Source of the DNA: Candidatus Bathyarchaeia archaeon
GTDB taxonomy: Archaea; Thermoproteota; Bathyarchaeia; Bathyarchaeales; Bathycorpusculaceae
Length of the DNA stretch: 14,067 bases
Direction of reading: 5' to 3'
NCBI GenBank assembly: GCA_050012755.1
Contig: JBEKGO010000047.1
Span: 1-14,067, forward strand
The notes under the pieces were generated by a model. It was not told the origin of the DNA, did no database searches, and saw only the letters and a list, made by a program, of their open reading frames with translations. The translations under genes were made by a program, and so were the position numbers. Shown one piece after another: positions 8,659 through 14,067 of the stretch (position 1 is the first letter of the stretch; each line of letters begins with the position of its first letter).

Positions 8659-8844
8659 AGATATACAAAGGCTATATCGGGTCCATACAGACTCAACTTT
8701 GAATGGAATATCAAGTTTCTCATGCGATACAGGCAAGAATCATTTTCTTTCTTTTTCATTTTTATCACCTAATTTTTTGAAAAAATAGCTATTATTTCTA
8801 GCGAGAACTGCTAAAACGTCGCAAATTATATGACTTTGTTATGT

Positions 8845-8960
8845 TATCGGTGTATTAAATAATCCTGATTTAGCTTTAAGATGTTTGTGTCTATTATTAA
8901 GCAAAATCGACGAAAAACACTTTGGGAAGACGAACAAAAATCTTCAATGAATTCTTGTTT
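8845..8960 (+). pseudogene. Possible degraded glycosyltransferase C-terminal fragment
   Basis: IGVLNNPDLALR...IDEKH followed out of frame by WE..RTKIFNEFL; resembles the terminal helices of GT-B enzymes, but needs several frameshifts. Confidence 0.25.
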
Positions 8961-9078
8961 TATCAATAATGGAAGCCTTACGCAAAGCTCGGATATTAGA
9001 AATCGTGACAACTTGAAGCAGGCTTTGTTCACGGAAGTCAAGGTTCTAAAAAAACTGCAATATAGGAGAAATTGAATA

Positions 9079-9606
9079 TTGAAAATATTGGTAGTTTGTC
9101 AAAGCTTAGACCTCGCGGATAAGGAACTAGGAATTACCCCTGCGTGGTGGCAAATTCTTAAAGGATTACATGAAGTTGGCGCTGAAATCGTAGCGGTCCC
9201 TTACTTTAACAGAGCTGTTCAGTCGCTTTGGTGGACAACTTACGAAAACCCTAACCTTTGGAAAAATCGGTTATATAATAATGTCGAAAACCTTGCAACC
9301 TCATTGGGTTTGGCAAAGAACAAGATGGAATTTCGGCAAAAAAACCAGAAGCTTCTCAGTTTCTTAGCTGAGAAAGCTGTTGCAAAAAAATGGACTAAAT
9401 ACTTGGTTTCTGTAATTGAAAAAGAAGGCAATGTCGATGCTGTACTCGTTTTGACAGTACCCCTCAACCAGTTTGTAGGTGTTCCGTCATTAATCAAAAA
9501 GGAATTTGACATTCCTATTGTGTTCTACGATGGGGATACTCCAACAAGTTTGCCATCATACGGCGGGCTCTCACTTAGTTTCTACAACAATGCTGATCCT
9601 TTTTAG
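9079..9606 (+). pseudogene. Truncated glycosyltransferase (N-terminal GT-B half, CgeB/GT4-like)
   Basis: MKILVV start, TPAWWQILKGLHEVG, VDAVLVL and IPIVFYDGDTPTSLP; GGAG upstream of the TTG. It stops at 175 aa, with no nucleotide-binding C-terminal domain in the following sequence. Confidence 0.65.
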
Positions 9607-9701
9607 CAAAAGCCGCTGGAAAACCAATATTAATTCAAAATGAAACTGCGAATCAGGAAGACAAAACCGTGTCGATAGATTTCTTAGTAAAAGACAATTA
9701 A
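9600..9701 (+). pseudogene. Orphan C-terminus of an unrelated protein
   Basis: The -1 frame reads FLAKAAGKPILIQNETANQEDKTVSIDFLVKDN* with no start codon. It resembles an LAKATGKPV-type C-terminus I recall from Bathyarchaeia proteins near glycosylation loci (unverified). Confidence 0.45.
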
Positions 9702-9848
9702 GCATCTTTTTCACTCACGGACCAAAACAAGTAAACCTTAAATTTGAACCGACAGGTTCAATTGAACTACAAACTCAAAACAAAAATACTCTGCAAAACA
9801 ACAAAAAAGAAAATAAGTGAGATTTGCAAAGATGTTCAGCTAATAAGC

Positions 9849-9989
9849 TTAGTATCTTCTTGGTGGTCTACGCTTTGAGTAGCACTCACGGCAATAAACT
9901 GGCCTGGTACCGTCTGGCTTGAAAGGAACTTCACATTCTTTTCCGCAGTCAGCGCAGGTTGCCTTGTGCATTTCTCTGTTATTATACAT
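9849..9989 (-). CDS. Stand-alone CxxC-x17-CxxC domain protein (TIGR04272-like), 46 aa (not in ORF track)
   Basis: MYNNREMHKATCADCGKECEVPFKPDGTRPVYCRECYSKRRPPRRY* with exactly 17 residues between the CxxC pairs; SD-like AGGAGTTGA upstream; minus-strand T-rich tract at ~9797-9817. Confidence 0.93.
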   Translation of the reverse strand: MYNNREMHKATCADCGKECEVPFKPDGTRPVYCRECYSKRRPPRRY

Positions 9990-10059
9990 TCGCTATTTCA
10001 ACTCCTACTATGTTGGATGTGCAAAAAATTACTTTTACACGACCTTTTATCTTGTTCTC

Positions 10060-10078
10060 CATCCTTATAAATTGGATG
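10060..10078 (-). promoter_or_regulatory. TATA box for the CxxC-x17-CxxC gene, flanked by a 5-bp inverted repeat
   Basis: Minus-strand TTTATAAG at 10064-10071 inside CATCC...GGATG; implies a leader of roughly 50 nt. Confidence 0.5.
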
Positions 10079-10338
10079 CTTCCATTTTCCTGATTAACAT
10101 CAAATTGCTATGCCACAGAATTCCTTGACAGGAAAAAATGAAAACCCAAATTTCTGAAAGTCAACGTGATCATTAATTTTCACTTAATTTCTCTAAAAAC
10201 GGCCTGAAGAAGCTTTTTTTTATAGTCACACTAATATAGGTACTTTCGATATAATGTAGGCATTCGATATTGAGAGAAAGTACAAATCACTTTGAACCTT
10301 GCTTTTTCTCGACTTATACATGACAAGAGAGAGGGAAT

Positions 10339-10989
10339 TTGAGACAGAAAAAATCAACTTTAGGGGAGCACATTGCGCTTCTTTCGGTAAAACATAACAT
10401 TTACCCCTCTGAAGTTTTCCAAGCACTAATAAAAGCAAGACATAACGAAACAGCTGTCTGCGGGGCTCTTGAGGTTGAATACCGCGGCAAGGTTAAAGAT
10501 GAAATAATTTTTCTGATAAAGAAAGAGAATCGCGCTGTTGCTCAATTCAGGGTTGATGAACAATTTCTGTTAAGAAAAGATAATCCTTTTGAAAGTTGGA
10601 TGAGCACCGATAAAATAACCAAGAAAATCGCTAAACAAAATACAGAATCAGTTTTCACAGCGGTTAATGCTTTGAGAGCAGGTATGAAACGAGTTAATGT
10701 TAAGGCAGAGGTTCTTGAGATTCCTAAGCCAGTTCAAGTTCACACTCAATTTGGCAACACCGTCATGGTAGTCAACGCTTTAGTTCAAGATGATACAGGA
10801 AAAATCAAGCTTTGTCTCTGGGAAGGACAAATAAATTCAATTACGGTTGGAGAAAATATAGAAATTAAGAATGCTCATGTGTGTGTTTTTAGGGGTGAGA
10901 GGCAATTGCGTCTTGGCAAAAAAGGAGTCCTAAGCGCGTTACAAAATCCTGCCGAAGCTCTGAAGCAACAAGTGGCAACAGCCTCATGA
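10339..10989 (+). CDS. Single-stranded nucleic-acid-binding OB-fold protein (crenarchaeal SSB/RPA-like) with an extra ~100-aa N-terminal domain
   Basis: VNALRAGMKRVNVKAEVLE...DDTGKIKLCLW...GENIEIKNAHVCVFRGERQLRLGKKG parallels the Sulfolobus SSB OB fold (DETGRVKLTLW, FKGQVQL); GAGGGA upstream of the TTG. Confidence 0.88.
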   Translation: MRQKKSTLGEHIALLSVKHNIYPSEVFQALIKARHNETAVCGALEVEYRGKVKDEIIFLIKKENRAVAQFRVDEQFLLRKDNPFESWMSTDKITKKIAKQNTESVFTAVNALRAGMKRVNVKAEVLEIPKPVQVHTQFGNTVMVVNALVQDDTGKIKLCLWEGQINSITVGENIEIKNAHVCVFRGERQLRLGKKGVLSALQNPAEALKQQVATAS

Positions 10990-11090
10990 AATAAGGCGAC
11001 TGCCTTCAGTTATTTTCCTTTGCAAGAGGACTATTTTTATAGCGGAATTAAGCATTCCATTGAAGAAAACAACAGAAGGAACATTACTGG

Positions 11091-11747
11091 TTGACAGTTA
11101 TCGTTGATGACGCAGGCAGCGGCGACCTACTTTATGGCGTTGTGGTTGGCGCTTACCGAGAAGAAACAGGCGAATTCAAATATGACCTCATAGACGTAAG
11201 ATTCTATCAAGAAATCTTTCGAGAAAAAGAATACCTGCAAGAATCATCACGTATCGTCTCCAAACTTGTCGCATACTTCAACCTTAAACCAGATGAAGCA
11301 ATCCACATTTGCCAAGGCTGCATCTTTGACGTAGCTGCTGAGGAACTCCGTAAAGTCTACGGTGAAGAACGAGTTAAACGTGTAAGAGTCGTCGGCGAAG
11401 CACAAAGATTAGTAGAAATCGCTTATTTAGACGAAATCCGCAATTTAGGCTATGAACCCTTAGCTGAACGTGAAGAAAAAAGGGGCAAAAGCTTTTTTCA
11501 TATGATGCGTTGGCTCAAAGACAAACCTGAAATGCTCCGATACGCAAAAACTGGATGGCCACGCCTGAAAAATTATCATTTATTTGAGCAGTTCCATGAA
11601 GAACCCGTCTACAATGCTGTGTGCAGCGATTGTGGTTGCGAATGTGAAGTTCCTTTTCAGCCTCATGCCGACCGACCTGTATATTGCCGAAAATGCTGGC
11701 CCGCTCATAGACCTCAAAATAATCACAAGAAAAAAGCGGCAAATTAA
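11091..11747 (+). CDS. Divergent RNase HII-like (RNase H fold) protein fused to a C-terminal CxxC-x17-CxxC finger
   Basis: N-terminal VIVDDAGSGDLLYGVVVG resembles RNase HII GIDEAGRGxxxGPxVV; KTGW near the domain end; C-terminal CSDC-x17-CRKC. TTTTATA at 11035-11041. Confidence 0.7.
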   Translation: MTVIVDDAGSGDLLYGVVVGAYREETGEFKYDLIDVRFYQEIFREKEYLQESSRIVSKLVAYFNLKPDEAIHICQGCIFDVAAEELRKVYGEERVKRVRVVGEAQRLVEIAYLDEIRNLGYEPLAEREEKRGKSFFHMMRWLKDKPEMLRYAKTGWPRLKNYHLFEQFHEEPVYNAVCSDCGCECEVPFQPHADRPVYCRKCWPAHRPQNNHKKKAAN

Positions 11748-11785
11748 TCAAATCATTTTTATACCGAAGACACGCTGTCCTCAGC

Positions 11786-12100
11786 ATGAACATACTATTT
11801 GATTACAATTCAAGTTGGTACATGCTCTTTTTTGGCTTCCTAGCGGCGTGGGCAGTACTGATGGTTGTCCGCCGTAAAGGCTCAGCTAAGCGGGAAGTAA
11901 AAGAGCAGCTGTTTTTGGCTACCAGCGGAATGATTGCTTTAGCTTTCATGGAATTTTTCGCTGTGTCTAACGGTCTCTGGTCTTATACTCCTAGAAATTG
12001 GCCAGTGATTTTATGGCCGACTTATTTCACAGCAATACTTTTCGGATACCAACTACTGCGCTCAATTGAAGGCATATTCTTGCGCAGACCAATAATGTGA
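11786..12100 (+). CDS. Small polytopic membrane protein, hypothetical (3 TM)
   Basis: Three hydrophobic segments and an EFFAVSNGLWSY motif; TTTATA at 11758-11763, positioned for a leaderless transcript. Confidence 0.8.
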   Translation: MNILFDYNSSWYMLFFGFLAAWAVLMVVRRKGSAKREVKEQLFLATSGMIALAFMEFFAVSNGLWSYTPRNWPVILWPTYFTAILFGYQLLRSIEGIFLRRPIM

Positions 12101-12246
12101 GATTTTCTTTAAACGACTCTGCAATAGTGTTCGTAAACTCGTGAGGCGCTCCCTGCTCAGAACACTGCATCGCCTACAAAACATGCACAGCCGCAAGAAA
12201 AGTCACTAACATGTTTACCTACGTATACACATGCATGTTACATAGT

Positions 12247-12293
12247 CTTATAAGCAAAATTCACTCATGCACAAGGTCTCAACAAGGAGGCGA
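12247..12293 (+). promoter_or_regulatory. TATA box and strong Shine-Dalgarno for the 41-aa ORF
   Basis: CTTATAAG at 12247-12254; AGGAGGCGA at 12285-12293; ATG at 12303. Confidence 0.7.
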
Positions 12294-12302
12294 AAAAAAA
12301 AT

Positions 12303-12428
12303 ATGCTGAGTAGAGATTGCGACGGATGCACTTTGCTGCACATGTGCAGTGAACGCTACAGGCGCGTAAACAAAGACGAGAAAGTATATTGTCCAGACGG
12401 AACAGCACATCTGGTAGACCAAAACTAA
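12303..12428 (+). CDS. 41-aa Cys/His-rich microprotein, putative metal-binding (not in ORF track)
   Basis: MLSRDCDGCTLLHMCSERYRRVNKDEKVYCPDGTAHLVDQN*; has its own TATA, SD and downstream T-rich tract (CCAATTTTCTATTT). Confidence 0.8.
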   Translation: MLSRDCDGCTLLHMCSERYRRVNKDEKVYCPDGTAHLVDQN

Positions 12429-12516
12429 CCCTCCAATTTTCTATTTATCTCAATTATTTTTAGGCAAAGGCAAAAATGCATCCAGTTCTTAATTATGAAT
12501 TGCAAGGTTGAATTGT

Positions 12517-13047
12517 GTGGATAAAGCTACTTTCTTGATGTGGAGCCGAAAATACGATAAAAGTTTAGGTTGGCAGGCGCAGAAGGAACGGGAGTTGGGC
12601 GCTAGATTCCGAAAAATAAAAGCGTTAACCAAGACTGATTTGGCCCAAGTTGTTGAATGGAAGTTTAAAGATGAGCCTGAGAAAAAAACTCGGGTTTTAG
12701 ACTTAGTTTCGCGAAATGAAGAAGCAACGGTTAATCGCCTTTCAAGCCAAGCATTAAGCATTCCTTCTTGCGAAGATGGCTACCGAATGAACTGCCTCAC
12801 GCTCCTCGAAGGCGTCAACCCGGTCTTAGCCAGCGTTATCCTCGCATTCTTTGACCCCAAACAATACGCTATTTTTGATGTAGCTGTTTGGAGGGCGCTG
12901 CTTGGGAATCCCCCGCCTAACTTGTTGACAACTCAGAATTACCTAAAACTGCTCGAGGCAATCAGGAAAACTGCGGCTAAACAAAACCTAGATGTAAGAG
13001 TAATCGACAAGGCACTCTACAAGAAAAGCTTTGACGAACTCAGGTGA
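12517..13047 (+). CDS. HhH-GPD-like (DNA glycosylase superfamily-like) protein
   Basis: LTLLEGVNPVLASVIL (HhH-like) followed by YAIFDVAVWRAL (conserved Asp), plus VVEWK and terminal VRVIDKALY. GTG 12517 is preceded by AGGTTGA; the ORF track starts at 12508. Confidence 0.65.
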   Translation: MDKATFLMWSRKYDKSLGWQAQKERELGARFRKIKALTKTDLAQVVEWKFKDEPEKKTRVLDLVSRNEEATVNRLSSQALSIPSCEDGYRMNCLTLLEGVNPVLASVILAFFDPKQYAIFDVAVWRALLGNPPPNLLTTQNYLKLLEAIRKTAAKQNLDVRVIDKALYKKSFDELR

Positions 13048-13051
13048 TAGG

Positions 13052-13672
13052 TTAGAGATTTTTGGTCACCTTTTTTAGTCTTGCGAGTTGCGAGGCTGTC
13101 ATTTCTGGTTTTCTAGCTTCGATGATGTTGAGGATTTGCTGTTTGTTTTCGGCATCGATGGCGGGTAAGATGTTTTCCGCATGCATGGGTACATCGCGTG
13201 GAATATACTTTTTCAATTGCTCCATAAGGATAGGGAAGATTTTCTGCCTGTAAGTTTTGTCTGCAGCGGCGACTTTGGCGAGGGCTTTTGTGCCCCATAC
13301 TACAGTGATTAGGGTGCCTTTTTCCAAGGTGCTTTTGACTTCGTTGAGTTTGGCGTAGATTTCTCTTGGTTTTTTGTCTGCGATGGTTGCGAGGGCTATC
13401 ATGGCGCCCCAAACCATGCGATTATTCTTGCTTTGAAGCAAGGCTAGAAAGTCAGGGGCGTAGTCTACTATAAGGTCGGGTTTCAAGTAGCTGATTTCGT
13501 AAAGCACTTTAAGGCAGTCACTTTGAACGTTTTTGTTTTTATGCTGCAAATTCTGAGCGATTTCTTTAATGCCTTCCTTGTTTTCTGTTTGGACAAGCTC
13601 TCTAGCGAGTTGTTGATTGGGAACTTCATCACGCCTATTTTGAAAAAAAGCAATCCTGTTTAGGACAGACAT
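13052..13672 (-). CDS. HEAT/ARM-repeat protein
   Basis: All-helical repeats (NVQSDCLKVLYEI, LLQSKNNRMVWGAMIALATIA). ATG 13672 has AGGTG upstream and TTATATAT at ~13710-13717. Confidence 0.8.
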   Translation of the reverse strand: MSVLNRIAFFQNRRDEVPNQQLARELVQTENKEGIKEIAQNLQHKNKNVQSDCLKVLYEISYLKPDLIVDYAPDFLALLQSKNNRMVWGAMIALATIADKKPREIYAKLNEVKSTLEKGTLITVVWGTKALAKVAAADKTYRQKIFPILMEQLKKYIPRDVPMHAENILPAIDAENKQQILNIIEARKPEMTASQLARLKKVTKNL

Positions 13673-13776
13673 ACGACACTGCACCTGTAAACCACTAAAT
13701 TGCGAGCCATATATAAGCTATCGAGTCTTGAAAAAACGTAGTCAAAAAAGCAAAGTTCAATGTACTTAGATTTAGT

Positions 13777-14067
13777 AGCGGTGGATCACTGTGGTTTGAC
13801 GCCCAGACTCCGCCTGGAGCATCCAAGCCCTACGCTCTTACCCGCACCCCCTTGAGCGCATAACGTCCAAACTTAGGTTGCTCTCTCCCGAGCCTAGCCA
13901 AGTTCGCCTGGTGAACAACGAAACAACTCCCCTACGGAAGCTGCTCATTGACCGCCAGCCCCAAAGGACGGATAGTCAATGTTTCGGAAATGAAGATCCA
14001 AACGGCCTTCGGCGCCTCATCCGCAGATGTCAGCCCGTCGTATAGAGGGTTTACGGTACAATGGACC
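13777..14067 (-). ncRNA. ffs: Archaeal signal recognition particle RNA (7S/SRP RNA), 5' end beyond the window
   Basis: Helix 8 SRP54-binding motif UAGG-CUC-GGGA-GAG-AGCA (13874-13896); helix 6 GCAGCUUCC-GUAG-GGGAGUUGU (13923-13944); Alu-domain UGUA turn (14057-14060); long helix 5 pairing; oligo-T downstream (13744-13749). Confidence 0.92.

Noticed and set aside
4925-9075. ORFs 4925-5197, 6601-6819, 6806-7012, 7753-7962, 8000-8350, 8844-9041 and 8881-9075 as real genes
   Set aside because: Low-complexity or shadow frames; 6806-7012 is the antisense of the PEF-CTERM-like remnant, and 8881-9075 lies in degraded sequence.
9598-9701. Programmed -1 frameshift at CCT TTT TAG restoring the glycosyltransferase
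   Set aside because: The -1 frame adds only about 33 residues, and they do not resemble a GT-B C-terminal domain.
9922-11656. 17-bp inverted repeat as transposon ends or invertible-segment sites
   Set aside because: Both copies encode the conserved ECEVPF of the finger domain; no transposase, recombinase or target duplication is visible.
9240-13412. ORFs 9240-9512, 9919-10128, 10226-10438, 11515-11793, 11584-11802, 12489-12761, 13062-13253 and 13113-13412
   Set aside because: Shadows of recognised genes on the other strand or in another frame.
13777-14067. RNase P RNA, rRNA or tRNA as the identity of the GC-rich terminal segment
   Set aside because: No RNase P GAGGAAAGUCC/AACAGAA motifs and no cloverleaf; the helix 6, helix 8 and Alu motifs fit SRP RNA.
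1-14067. CRISPR array, IS element, integrase or provirus
   Set aside because: No regularly spaced repeats and no transposase, integrase or capsid motifs were seen.

Overview
Archaeal chromosomal window, most likely Bathyarchaeia (judged from gene families, TATA/BRE promoters, TTG/GTG starts and an archaeal SRP RNA). Left part: a 5'-truncated PQQ-like beta-propeller surface protein, a DegT-family aminotransferase, a small membrane protein, an unlisted 41-aa zinc-ribbon microprotein with Cren7-like layout, a REC-PAS response regulator, and a wHTH gene overlapping a radical SAM/SPASM gene tail-to-tail. Middle (~6.8-9.7 kb): a decaying surface-glycosylation locus with an orphan PEF-CTERM-like tail, a multiply frameshifted DUF1616-like pseudogene, an intact GDP-mannose 3,5-epimerase-like gene, a truncated glycosyltransferase and abrupt junctions. 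Right part (~9.85-14.07 kb), the best candidate for an undescribed system: a cluster of putative nucleic-acid-handling genes. It comprises an unlisted 46-aa CxxC-x17-CxxC protein, a crenarchaeal-type SSB OB fold with an extra N-terminal domain, a divergent RNase HII-like protein fused to a second CxxC-x17-CxxC finger, a membrane protein, an unlisted 41-aa Cys/His microprotein, an HhH-GPD-like protein and a HEAT-repeat protein, followed by the SRP RNA (cut by the window edge). All family calls come from motif recognition by eye; no searches were run.
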